Shown: piece by piece, positions 38,978-51,800 of the stretch
Numbering within the stretch: the stretch's first letter is position 1
Layout of the letters: the number at the start of each line of letters is the position of its first letter
NCBI RefSeq assembly: GCF_009834535.1
Contig: NC_045697.1
Coordinates: 14,138,001-14,202,000 of the forward strand
Length of the DNA stretch: 64,000 nt
Origin: Camelus ferus
Lineage: Eukaryota
Direction of reading: 5' to 3'
Program-made: the position numbers and the translations under genes
The notes under the pieces: model-generated
The model's database searches: none
Told to the model about the DNA's origin: nothing
The model's input: the letters and a program-made list of their open reading frames with translations, nothing else

Positions 38978-39456
38978 GTGAGTATGAAAGTGTGGTCCTG
39001 AGTATTCATTGGACGGTCCTAGTAGAAAAGACAGAGTCTCTGCACTCAAGGAACGTTAATAGTGTTGGGAGAAACAGACGAATAAAACTTAAGTAAACCT
39101 ACAAATACAGATACTACAAAAAGTGTTGGGTTCTATAAGAGAAACAAAGAATAATTTACATTTGTGGTGGGGTTTAGAGAAATCTTTAAGATAGACTTCT
39201 GGAGAAAGTCATCTTACAGAGGACACAGCTGAGACATCAGCGTGTCCTCAGGGGTAGGAAGCATTCTAGAATGTATTTAGAAATAAATACATTGTAATAG
39301 TGAAACAACACAAAGATGCAGAAATGTTATGTGTCAGTATTCTCAGTGTATAACATGCTATAATGACCCTTTTCTTAACTGCTTTATTTTTTTAAATGAC
39401 ATTTGGCTATTTGGGGGATACCTGAGTAAAACAAATCAGCTTATGTGTGCTTTCAG

Positions 39457-39528
39457 AATTCTTAGTTACAACCGTCTGAGATGTCTTCCTCCTCGAACCT
39501 TCGATGGATTGAAGTCTCTTCGATTACT
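39457..39528 (+). CDS. SLIT2: SLIT2 exon 24 (72 nt): [23 protein letters not shown](L)
   Basis: Acceptor tgctttcag|, donor |gtaagc; overlaps ORF 39329..39532. Confidence 0.96.
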
Positions 39529-39879
39529 GTAAGCATCTTATGTTTAACAAAATACTTCTTTTCTCGGGGATCTGGGTTTTGGACTGTCTTTTTAATGATT
39601 TAACTGCTTTGTGTTTATTTTCAGGTATTTTCAGTAGTATGTATTATGAGTTGCTACAGATTTGGAAATAGGAAAATTACATTTTACTGTATCATTGCCC
39701 AACAGCTTTTACTTGGAGAACATATTTTTCTCTTTTGTAACACATTGTTGCTGTAGTCATTAATTTGCTGCTATATGATATTAAGACGTAGTTTTGTATA
39801 GATCCAAGTAATTTTGAAAGAAAAAGAGGAAATTTTAATTTCTCTAGAAATTACATAATACACCAACGTATTTTTACGA

Positions 39880-41080
39880 TACACAATTTATCTAAAATTA
39901 TGTGAAATAAAACATGATCCTCAATCCCAGTCCCCTCCCCCAGAATTGACAGTTAAACAGTTTTTTTTTTTTTCTGGTCCTTATTCTGTGCTTGGTTTTA
40001 TATATTGATATATGAATGCCCACTGCTATATAACTTAAGAACCATAAATAGGGTTTTTCTTGTTCTGCCATTGACTAATTTTATTTAACAATATGGTTTA
40101 GCCTTCTTCCAGTCCATCTGTATCATATTTCTCAACTGCTTAAATGATACAGAATACTTCATAGAATGAAGGAACCGTACCTTATTTAACCAGCTTTCAT
40201 CTTTACTATCATTCGATTTGATTCTAGATTTTTTTTGTGTCTGCAGTGCTGGAGTGAACATTCTACACATCCATCTTACTGTCAGGCACATTAGGAGAAT
40301 ACCAAAGTCACCATCTTGTTGTTCCCCAAATAAGATTTTGTCAATTTACAGATTTATTTTCCACCAGCTGTTTTAATACAGCACCTATTTCAAAGCACTC
40401 TTGCAAATATTGAATATTATCAGTCCTTTCATTTTTGCCATATGACAGATGGAACTTTATTTTCTGTTCCTGTTTCAATTTGCAGTTCCAATTACTAGAG
40501 CATTTGAGAATATTTTATTTGTTTATTGAGCATTTGTGCTTCTTATTCTATGAGCCTGATCACATTATTTCCCATTTTCTGCGGTGTACTTTGTCTTTTC
40601 CTCATTAACATACATGCCTTTATACATCTCCCACCTGACTCCAAGTTTACAGGTCTTTTTACAAAGGAGTTAATCCTTATAGCTTACATATGTTGCAAAT
40701 ATTTCCCATTCTGTTCTTTATATGTAATCTTTTATATTATGGATATATTTTACAATGTCAAAAATATATCACTTTTTCCCATGATGGTTTCTGAGTTTTA
40801 TAATGTAGTGCTTTTAAAAGCCCTTAATATCCCACATTTATAAAAAGGAACACTGCTGTATTTTCTTTTAATACATTTTCAATTTTATTTTTACATTTAA
40901 CTCTTCAACCTAGAATTTACTTTATGCTTATGATGTGAGGTAGGTACTAACTTTCTGCTTTCCCAAATAGATATCCATTTGTATAAAGACTGTTTCTTGA
41001 ATAGACCATCTTTTCTACACTGATTTAAAAGTTTGTTATAAAGTTTCATATATGCATGGGGGTTTTTCTGAACTCCCTGA
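39880..41080 (-). mobile_element. Old L1 (L1ME-like) fragment filling most of intron 24
   Basis: tatgttgcaaatatttccc, tatgatgtgaggtagg and ttgaatagaccatctttt are antisense L1 ORF2-end motifs; boundaries approximate. Confidence 0.65.
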
Positions 41081-41119
41081 AATAATAGGAAATTTAATTT
41101 TGCTTTTTCTTGCTTTTAG

Positions 41120-41191
41120 TTCTCTACATGGAAATGACATTTCTGTTGTGCCTGAAGGTGCTTTCAACGATCTTTCTGCATTGTCACACCT
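41120..41191 (+). CDS. SLIT2: SLIT2 exon 25 (72 nt): [23 protein letters not shown](L)
   Basis: Acceptor ttcttgcttttag|, donor |gtgagt. Confidence 0.96.
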
Positions 41192-41300
41192 GTGAGTATC
41201 TAGCTCATGAGTGTGGGTTTAGAACAAACAATCCTCTGCCGCCTTTTTTATTGTCACATCATAAAATGTGATTGGTTCCATCTTTAAATAAAACGTAAAG

Positions 41301-41497
41301 TTTTTCTTTTTTTTTTAATTGAAGTATGGTCAATTACAATGTGTCAATTTCTGGTGTACAGCACAATGTCCCAGTGATGAATATACATACATATACATAT
41401 ACATACAAAATGAATATATACATATATTCATTTTCATATTTTTATTAAAGATTATTACAAAATACTGAATAGAGTTCCCTGCGTTATACAGAAGAAA
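41301..41497 (-). mobile_element. Short camelid-type L1 3' end
   Basis: Poly-T then aattgaagtatggtcaattacaatgtgtcaatttctggtgtacagc...gttccctgcgttata, the reverse complement of the family at 16592-16975. Confidence 0.85.
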
Positions 41498-43141
41498 TGA
41501 AAATGTAAATATTTTCAATTTAGATATGGCGGCCTCTGCAATATAGCCTTAATTTATCCTTCTGACCCTAACGGCCCATTAGCTGAGTTCTCTTTGCTTA
41601 TAAAAATGTCTCTTCTTACAAGCATGGCTCCCTAACTTCCTAGCCTGCACTTTTTCTCTTAGTGCTCTCTAATTCTAAATATCAGCTCCCCTTCAATGCC
41701 ATCTTGCCAAACCCTGCTTTTCTAAGGCGCATCCCAAGTATCCGCTGCTCCAGGAAGCCTATCCTGCTTTGCTCAAAGTGGATTCATTTCTTTAGCAAAT
41801 ATGACTCAGCATTGACTATGGCACCATGCAAAAATAAATTAGACAAGGTTTAAGGCATTTAGTGTGGTAGAGGGGAACAGCCAAATCCTCATATTGGGTG
41901 AAATGTTTTTCCTTTGCATTCTCTCATAGCAGGCCGTTTGTACCTCCATATTTCTTGGAAGTACAATAAAATCATAATGAGGTCCAGAACCCTCCACTGG
42001 GTCAAATTCCGCTCTCCCATTTTCTTAGTTGTACTGTTAAGACCATGGGCAAGTGGGGAAGGAGGTTCAGAGAACAGCCCTACAATCCAAGGCTTTCTTA
42101 GGTCAGGCTGAGTGTGGCGTCACCTGGCAGCAGTTACCTGCTTCAGCTTAAATATCAGTGTCAGTTGGCTCCCGGTTCTCCAGAGGAGGTTGCTGGCCAT
42201 ATTTTTTCTTGGATTTGCCCTCCTCTCCGAAACCTTCCAAACCCCAAGAAGATACGAAGTTTAGAAAATTGAGAGAAGGGGATGGGCAGAGGCTAGGAAC
42301 CAGTAGTCACTCATGTGCCATCTGAATTTTCCCTTGTAGGGGCTGTGCTGTCAGTATACGGCTTTGTCCTTCTGACTGTTTGGACTTAGTATTAATATCC
42401 CTTCCATGAAACTCTTAGGTCCCTAGAGGCAAGACCTCCAGTTTTTCAAGTCTGAGCCCCAACACCTGCCTCAAAGTTGACATCAGGGCCACTTCTCTAC
42501 AAACTTCATGGAAGTCATTTGCCTGAGGTCCCATGTGAATGAGACCCCAGCTCAGGGGTACAGGACGGCGGTGCCATGGCAGAGAATGGCATCCTGATAG
42601 TGTTAGGGTCAGAGAAGGCCGCATAGGGAAGGTGCTGCTTGAGCTAAGTAGCATTGTCCTTTATGTGACCCTCTGCCCCAAGGTGGGAGCAGTTCGAATC
42701 TTCTTTGTCATGCGTCCTGTTTTGTTATGTATCTCATGTGTCTTTTACCCCCTGGATCACAGAGAGCTCTGCTCTGTTCACTTTTTTTACGCTGTCTCCT
42801 AGCATAGTAAGGATTTAGCAACTGTCAGTAGAGATGAGATCAAATGACTCAAGAACCTCATTTTTAATTTAGAAGAAAGTTTCGAATCTGACATGCATAG
42901 AAACATGACATTTACTACACTCCAATTCTCAGCTAGAGTTGGGGATTAAAATAGCTACAGCATAAAGTATTACGGCTTTACAAGTATATTTTGAAAGTCG
43001 CTTAATAAAAGAATAAGATTAATTTTGCTTAGACTTTATACCTAGAAACATGACTAATCTGAAGTTAATTATAAATCAGAATTGATCAGTTTTTAAATGT
43101 TACTTTATGCGTATACTACTTGTGCGCAAGCTTGGTGAATT

Positions 43142-43305
43142 TGTGAACCCATTGGGAAACTTATCTGGCCTCAGTTTTCTAATCTGTAAAATAGGTTTTT
43201 AATAGTATTGACCTCATAGAGTCTCTGTTTAGGATAAAATGAGTCAATTCATGTTAATGGCTTAGCACAGCTCCTGCATACCAGAATGATGCAGAGATGC
43301 TATTA
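43142..43305 (+). mobile_element. MIR SINE
   Basis: gcctcagttttctaatctgtaaaatagg...acctcatagag...ggcttagcacag is the MIR core. Confidence 0.75.
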
Positions 43306-44068
43306 TCTCGATGACGTTTCCTGTCACTACAACTGCCTGTGTGAGTAGGAACCAAAGCTCTGAAATGAAAAAATGTTAAAGGGACAGACATCAAATGACG
43401 TTCCATATCAGCCCTGGGGAACGAGCTTTGTGCATTTTTATTATTTCATGCCCTTCCTTATCTTCTTGCCTTTGTTCTGGTCCTTTGCACTGAAATATCC
43501 TTTCCAACCTTTTCCACCTACTTGAATATAAGTATCTAAAAGTTCCGACTTCTTAAACTACCAGTCTCCCAGAAAAGTTACCCTCTCTTCACAATCATCT
43601 TGTGAATTTTTCTACTGTAGCCCTTCTAATGAAAATTATTTGTATGTATGAGTATATGTTAATCTCCTTTGCCAAAGGAGTTTTGGGGGCTAAAAATAAT
43701 GTATTATTTGTATTTGGGTCCCCAGCACCTGGCATAATGATTGGGTCCTCAGTAAATCATTGGTGAATGAAGGACGTGTTAGTCTACATTTTGGGTGTGC
43801 CTACACCCCCTATAAACCTGTCTGCAGATACAAGGAGACCTTGTAAAACCAGATGAGTGTTAACTCTAGTGACAGCTCACTAAATTGCAGTTGCACAGAA
43901 TTCAGGAAAATGGGAAATCAACGATGTCTCTATTTTCTTCTAAATTTTTATCAATGAATCTATAGGCGTTTTCTACTGAGCATCACTTTGAATTATGTTC
44001 CCTTAGGAAATAACAGTCCTTCTGTACTTGTGCGTGTGTGTGTGTGCTTTTGTGGTGTTGTTTTCCAG

Positions 44069-44232
44069 AGCAATTGGAGCCAACCCTCTTTACTGTGATT
44101 GTAACATGCAGTGGTTATCCGACTGGGTGAAGTCGGAATACAAAGAACCCGGAATTGCTCGCTGTGCTGGTCCTGGAGAAATGGCAGATAAACTATTGCT
44201 CACAACTCCCTCCAAAAAATTTACATGTCAAG
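44069..44232 (+). CDS. SLIT2: SLIT2 exon 26 (164 nt), D4 C-terminal cap: [54 protein letters not shown]
   Basis: Acceptor gttttccag|, donor |gtatgg; overlaps ORF 44028..44267. Confidence 0.96.
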
Positions 44233-45229
44233 GTATGGCTTTTAAGCATTTGTACTTCTGTAAATAAAAATCCATCATACTACTCTTAAGAAGAGAAAGA
44301 AAACTGCATGCCGCTAGATTTCAAAGGCAGAGCTGAAAACTGCCAGTCAGTGGCTACCACTTCCTCCCATGCTTGGGGAAGACAGAGCCGTCACCTGAGG
44401 AGCCCAAGGAAAGAACTAGGCTTCTCAGATCAATCGGGTGATAATCCTTTGGAAATTGACTAAGTTGTCTTTAAAATATATGAGGAAATGAAAAGTACGT
44501 GATTTCTGGAAATTCCTCTCATAGCCTCTAACAAGTCAAATGTTTTGCTTCCGCTTTGTCTGAACGTGGGCCCCGCTCCTAGGGCTGCCAGGGCCCTGTG
44601 GCTTCCCAATGCCAGGTAAGGAGACGTGAGCCCTCCCAGTGTTCAGGCCAGACCCTCCGACTCACATCCTGTGTTACCCTCTTCCTCTGGGGACCGTGCT
44701 GTTCCTTGTGCATCTGTATCCCTCGCTTTCCCTTTGTTTTCCGTACTTGTGAATGCCAAACAGTGTCTCGGTAACAAATAATTTCTCCGCCTATTGCAAG
44801 AGTGATCTATGCCCAACATAGAAATCTCAAAGAATAGGGAAATGCAAACAATAAAAAACTCAAGAACCAAATTTAACAATGTCTAACAATACCAAAAGAG
44901 AACCACTATTCCACTTGTTTTGTGTGTCTTTCCACTTCTAGTCAAATGTATGGATGGAAGTTCCTCCTCAAAAATGGGATAGAAGGTTACCATCCTTAAT
45001 TTTAGATGTTTGGAGACGACCGCTCTTACTTATTAGATAGAGGAGAGAAATTCTTGAAGATTCTAAATGTATAATCAGCAAAGGTTTATTACACACGTTT
45101 TAGGCGTAAAACTAAACCCTGGGTGTTGTGGAGCATGCAGATGTTTGCAAACCTAGCTGAAAAGGTAAGGTTTCCACACTTGAATGTTTAGGCTGGAAGA
45201 ACATTTCTAAACAGGTAACACTGCACATG

Positions 45230-45876
45230 GGTTACAGGGTGACGCCCAGCCTGGTTTAGCCGGGCCTACATCCCAGCCTCCCTTTCCACTGGTTGTGTAA
45301 CTTACTAGCTTAATCAGCCTGTGTCTCAGTTTCCTCACGTACAGGCAGAGATGATGATAGAACGCACCTGAAAAGGTTTTGTTAAGATTAGGTGAGTTAT
45401 TATATGTAAACTAAAAAAAAAAAGATCTAAAAAGAAAGAAAATGTCATTGTCACAGAAACAGAGAATAGAATGGTACTTTCCAGGGGCTGGGAAAATGTG
45501 GAGACGTAGGTCAAAGGTACAAACTTTCAGTTATAAGAATAGCAAGTTCTGAGAATCTAATGTGTGACACAGTGACGATAGTTAACAGTATGGTATCCTA
45601 TACTTAAAAGTTGCTGAGAGTAAATCTTTAGCATTCTCCCTCCATACACACAGAAGTTAACTACGTGAGGTGATGGATATGTTAATTATCTTGCGAGTGT
45701 TAATCATTCCACACTGTGGATGTATATCACATCATCAAAGGTTGCACATTTGAAATACACACAATTATATTTGCCAATTATTTTTCAATAAAGCTGGGGG
45801 AAAAGGATCAGTTTATTTAACATACATAAAACATGCTTGACTGACTTACAGTAAGCACTCATTATAGGTTAGCTGC
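45230..45876 (+). mobile_element. MIR SINE split by an L1 insertion
   Basis: MIR core tgtgtctcagtttcctcac...ttgttaagattaggtgag at about 45320-45400; MIR tail acagtaagcactcatta resumes at about 45848. Confidence 0.65.
45440..45803 (+). mobile_element. L1 3' UTR end (L1MA9-like)
   Basis: gaaacagagaatagaatggt...ggtcaaaggtacaaactttcagttataag...gtgaggtgatggatatgttaatta...tcaataaagctgggggaaaa. Confidence 0.85.
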
Positions 45877-47076
45877 CAATTTTTTATTATAACATTTCAA
45901 AACACCAACCAAAATATGACGTGGGACAACATGCCATGATTTATTGACAAAAGAAGGAAGTTTTAAAAACTATGTTCCCTCCTCCAAACATTTTAAGTGA
46001 GCATCTGATTTTTTTTTTGTAGTTCTAAGTGGTTACAAGAGATGTAATTTGCAGTGTATTGTAAATATCAATATTTAAAACAAAACTCTTCCAATGTACT
46101 TTTAAATATGTTTGGTGGACTCTAAATATCATAGCTAATTTGGGGAAAAAATAGAACAAGATCTTCAATATTTTAAGTTGTTCTTTTTCCTCAAACTTCT
46201 ATTTTTCTCCTTGAATTTTTATTTCCAGTACCTCAGAGAATTATATCATTCTTCGCTACCAAAAATATGTATATAATTTGAATTTTTAAAATTCCCTACC
46301 ACCAAAGATCTGTGAGTTTTAAATTTTTTCCTTAGAATTAATTATTGCCAGTAATACTTGTGCAACATTGATTAGAACAGCATAATTATTTATCAATATG
46401 TTAATATTTATTTTTAAAATTGAAATTAAAATTGTATTGGAAATGCCTTTCTGGGATTATGTGCATTGATTGCAAGAGCCTTTGCAAATAACCAATGCTT
46501 TAAATTATTCTTTCGCAGCCACAGATGTTCCCCTGGGGCGGTGCCCCATGGTAAATTTCTGGTGGGCTGAAAGGTGTATCATTTTTCTGTAAAGTGCAGA
46601 TGATTGTCAAGGGGGAGCTAGGGGAGACCCTAACATAAAAACTTACTTGTAGCCATGTTATTGGGCAGATCGATTCTAGAAAGATCATATGGGCAAGTTG
46701 AGAGACTGCAGACTGATTCTGTTACACTTTCTGGACCCAGGCATACTCATACTCTATCTTGAAGAATGCTGGTGTCTATCTGTAATTCTTAAAGCTTAGC
46801 ATTCTGTGGAGATATTTCTTGAAAACAAAGTATTTTATGATAATGTAAGTTTGAGATATTCAAGATATTCTTCTTAGAGCATCATAGTTCACATTAATTT
46901 AGTAAATGTTCCCAGAAGTACAACACATACATACACACAAACATAAATACACACACACATACATAAATGTCTAACTTAAAATTTATCTCACTGATTTGAC
47001 CTTATTTCATTAATCACATCTTATGTTCTTAGTGTAGCATGAATGGAAATACGCTAGAAGGAAAATTGGTCTGGAT

Positions 47077-47269
47077 CAGTGTTGCCTGGTAGAACTTTTT
47101 GCAAGGATAGAAAAATTCTGTTTTCTGTGTTATCCAATATGGTAGCTCTAGTCATGTGTGGTTGTTGAAATGTAGCTACTGTGACTGAGGAAGTAAATTT
47201 TTAATTTTATTTAATTTAAATGTAAACTTAAAGTCATATGTGACTAGTGGCTACCATTGGACAGTGCAG
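47077..47269. mobile_element. MER3-like hAT-Charlie MITE
   Basis: cagtgttgcctggtagaactttttg...tccaatatggtagc...gtgactgaggaagtaaattttt...tagtggctaccattggacagtgcag follows MER3 as I recall it; internal inverted repeats. Confidence 0.8.
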
Positions 47270-48664
47270 TTTCCTATAAGATCTCAGAGGGAGAAATCGT
47301 GTCTGAGGAGAGTGGCTGTGAAAGGTTTCATACAAGAGTGTCTAGGTCAGCTGTCTGGACAAGCAGTCAAGTGTGAGGACAGCGCTCTAGGTGGGTGGAC
47401 CTGCAGGAGCCGAGCTGTGGTAAAGGAAAATGCTGGAACTGTGGTAGATAAGTTTAACATTCACTGAGTTATCAAATTAACATATCACAGATATTTCAAG
47501 GTATACAGCATAGATGTAGACCAGTTGTCAAGAAGTGTAGACATTCAGAACTCAACAAATATAATGCAATTACATTTAGCAAACTGTAAGAATGACTCAG
47601 TTTTTCTATAACTTAACATAATTTTAGAGAGATGGCAAACACTGAAACCCACAGTGTTCTGTGCCAGCATTTCTCGGTGTTTGTCAAAATATTGTGAACC
47701 ACTCTTACGTGCTTTGCGAGAAATATTTACTCGTCATAAATGGATTAGCAGAGGCAAAGTATTCTAATCTATTAATTAAAATAATTAACTCTGGGAAATC
47801 TACTGAGTACTGTGTTTTTGAGCTTACATGCTTTATGAACTTGAAAGCAATAAAATGATGCTTATCTAAATATTTTATAATTTGAGGTTTTTTTATATGT
47901 CAATTTAATTTTTCCCATAGTTATGCCAGTTTAATATTTTATTTATTCATGAAAATCATGTAAGTACATACTCCTAATATTAAAGTTTGTAAATATGTGA
48001 TTTCAAATTACAGCAGGAAAATGAATAGTGCTTATTTGAAAACATGTTTACATAGCTATATTTAAATATAATTAAATAATTTCTCTACTAGAAAAGGCAA
48101 TGCTATTATTTTGTGCAATTAATGCTTTCAATACAATTTTTTATCTTACATTTTTCATAGTATATTCTTTGTGGTATAATCTCATAGTTTCAGTGCATAA
48201 CAGAAATAAATGAACTGGATGAAATAAATTGGCAGAGCATATTTAATTAATACCAAGATTAGGGCATTCTTGAATGGAAGCAGATGGTCATGACTTGTTG
48301 TTATAACCAAAATGCCATGTCCTCATCTTTTAACTATCAGATGAAATTAAAATGCTCAAGCAATCTGCAAAAAAATGGAGGCTTCTGCCCTCTCCAGTTT
48401 TTCATTGAAAATGTCACTGTGGAATGTAGACTATTGTTAATTTCTAGTATTCCCTATATTGCTCTTGGTTTAGGAAGTTTTAGCTGTACAGGCAACTAAA
48501 TTGTTCATTTTTAATTTGACAGACATTTATCAAACACTTAAATGTGTTAAAGAGTGAGCAGTCTAATGGAAACAAATCAAATGTTCCTTCTTTCATTCAA
48601 CAACTATTATATGATTGCCTGTTAGGTATCAGACATAGTCCTAAGGTATTAAGAGTACAGTGCT

Positions 48665-48824
48665 GGAGGAAGGTATAGCTCACGTGCTTAGCATTCACGA
48701 GGTCCTGGGTTCAATCCCCAGTACCTCCTCTAGAAATAAATAAACCTAATCACCCCCCTGCCAAAAAATAAAATAAAATAAAATAATACAATGATAAATA
48801 AATAAATAAAAATTGTTTTAAAAA
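48665..48824 (+). mobile_element. Vic-1-type camelid SINE nested in an antisense L2 tail
   Basis: GGAGGAAGGTATAGCTCA...GGTCCTGGGTTCAATCCCCAGTACCTCC...AAATAAACCTAATCACCCCCC plus an A-rich tail; flanked by L2 sequence (ttcattcaacaa... / ...ccttcatgaagcttatattct). Confidence 0.85.
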
Positions 48825-51800
48825 GGATGCAGTATTAAATAGGGGGAAAATGCCTTCATGAAGCTTATATTCTGCTGATAAATACAGTTATTAAATAGAT
48901 AATTTAAAAATAACATGGAAGTTTAGAGATAGAAATATATATATAGTATTAATAAGTGTATCAAAACCAAACAGCTGTGGAATGATAACTGATACCAGCA
49001 AGTCCATCAGGGCATCAAGAGATCTTACAGTGAGTCAAGTGGAATTGAGTCTGGAACACAAAAGAGAGGAAGCAGCCCAAATGGGCAGGTGTCTGGTAGC
49101 CAGGAACCCCAGTGAGGAGGCAGAGATACGGTGCTCAGCATACTTCATTGCTTTATCGGTAAAGATCAGCTAAGGCATTGAGAAACCTGGGAACTTTTCA
49201 TATCCTAGAATGATCAACATTCTACCCCAACATGGTTGATCTCTTTTGCTAATTTTGTAGGTTAAGAATCCTCTAGTTTCTAGAATTTCTAGGAAAAATT
49301 CCACATCTCTTAGTTAATAATATTGTAATACTGCCATTTTTTTTTTCAGTGAAATTGATGTCTTCCTTTTGGGGGATGATCTTGACAAGCTGAAGGCCTT
49401 TTGTTTTGTGTATCAGAATTATTGGTTAATACTGTCCGTAGTCACTTAACCAACGTATGAAAGTGATTAAATAATTCAGCCCAACCTGAAGTGATGAATA
49501 ATTTAGTTAGAGCAGTTTTGAAGTAGTATTTAGAACGTGGTCAAGTCCTTTTTTCATTTTCAGATTTAGTATTGCTAGCACATAGTTATAATTCTGAAAT
49601 AACCTTAGCTCTAGGGGATTATGGTTTACTCACTGCCTAAGAAAAAATCAGATTTCCACATAGTTAGGCACCATATTTATAAACAAACAGGTTATTTTTC
49701 ATTATACTTGTATTAAACTTAAAACACTGTGAAAATTTTAACAGACATTTATTTTAATAGGTGATGAAAACCAATTATTTTTTATTCTTAGATATGGTAC
49801 GTCTATATTCTCTCTGATGCAATAATTCTAAAAAATAATGATTGCTCTTTTTCGTTTATGTGTGACTCAAGAAGTTGATTTACTGGCCCAGGTTTCTATG
49901 TGTATGTAGCAAATGACCAGGGGATACCAGAGGTGCATTACCCATCTTCGTGTTTTTGATTAACCATTTATGTAATGCAAATTTGTAGGATTTTAATCCC
50001 CCAACACCTAAGGACCATGTCCTCCCCTCCTCCGAAACTACAGGGAGACCAATGGATTCCCTCTGGCCAATTTCAGGAGCTTCTTTTTGGCTTCTTTGTC
50101 CTCTTTACATCTTAGACAGTGGCCACAGCTCCTGCTTCTACATTCTTGTTGCCTCTTCTTCATCCCTTTGCTGGCATCTCTTTCTTATCCAGTCTTTAAT
50201 ACTGGCATACGTGAGGTACTCTCCTGAGCTCCATTAAACTAATTGATTTCAGCCCAGTAGCTTCAGATATCTAGCCATGACTTTTCTTACAATCTTCAGG
50301 CTCATATTTCTATTCACTTAGTGAATTCCAGCCCCTTGCTGGCTTGCCAGAACCTTAAAACACATCTTCCAAAACGTGCAGTCCCATTTTCCACACGCTC
50401 TTGAGACGGTATTCTGTAGTTGATGCATGTGTCTCTACTGCTGAATTACTCGTTAGTTGTGCTCAGTATCCCCTAATTTTTCCTCAGTTGCCTTTGATCG
50501 ACATCTGACTTTATACTGGAAGATTCTGTTATTTGACCCATATGTCCAAGGGACACCAGAATGAAGGCAGACCCTGGGGTATAGTTAGAAATTTCTGTTT
50601 GGAGCTTTCAGTTATAAATCAAAGTGAGACACGATTTTCAGTGGGTGGCAACATTGGTGTCAGGTGCATCGCTAGTGATTTGAGTCAAGTAAGCAAGTCT
50701 GTCTACAAGTTTTAATGGATTTGAGGTCCAGCAGTTCTTCCATTATAGATTAAAGTAACTGACAGAGACAAATTGGTAACCAAACTTTCTACTCATCTCC
50801 CCTTTGAATTATTAAGCTAAACACACCTCTAATCCATACAGCTGATGCTACAAGACTCTCTTAAATCAAGGCCTAATCTTAAATCAATCTAGGTATCCTA
50901 GACTGGCCTCCATCATTTCAATGTCGTTAGTAACATTTGTATCCATGAGGCTAGATTTCATTTCTCCTTTATGGCAAACATCTTTTGAGGGCTAATGTTG
51001 GCAGTGATTTAACATTTCTTGGAACTGGTAAACATTTGGAAGGAGGAAAGTTAGAAGATGGAAGTTGTATCAGCAAGCAAGTGGTAGTCCCTTGCCAAGC
51101 AGCAATACAAGAGCAAAAAGAACCTCTCCTTCTTAGTTTTGTGCTGTTACGTCTGGTGGTTGTCCGTGCCAAATTTGCAAATCACAGTTGCAGTCCTTAA
51201 AAACATAAAATCATTAAATCTAGGTGTTGCTACCCAACGGGAAATTATCTCTCAGTGCCCTTTTCCACTCTCCCATGTTTTTGATAATAGTAACCCCTAG
51301 AGTTTTCCCAAATTTCAAAAGCTTCTGGCATAGACAGAAAGTACTCAGTGAGCTTGTAATGAATGAGTAGACACCAAGCTCGAATTTGCCTTTGCGCTGA
51401 AGTTTGAACAAATGTGCAGAGGAAGACTTCCTTTCCTTTTCTCCTTGTAAGTAAACCACTCATGTCCTCCTAGCGCCCCGCCTTCTTTGGAGTCTAGGTG
51501 AGAATGTCAGGAGTTGCTGTGGCCTTTGTGCTTGCTCTTACTATAGTCTGTGCTCAAAATTCATTAGCATTTCATTTAATGCTTAAAGCAACCCATTGAA
51601 ATGACCACCACTACCCTCCTGACTCCACACACTTAAGGAACACATCTAGCTCACTACCTTGGCCTGACTGACTTCTGATGCTCTGACTAAGACTCTGTGC
51701 ATTGTGATCAGAAACGTGTCTGATTCTTGTTCCTGAGCACCTTCTCTTCATCTGGGGCTAATCGAGTGTGCAGAATTCCCTACGTGTTGGTTTGCTCGTA

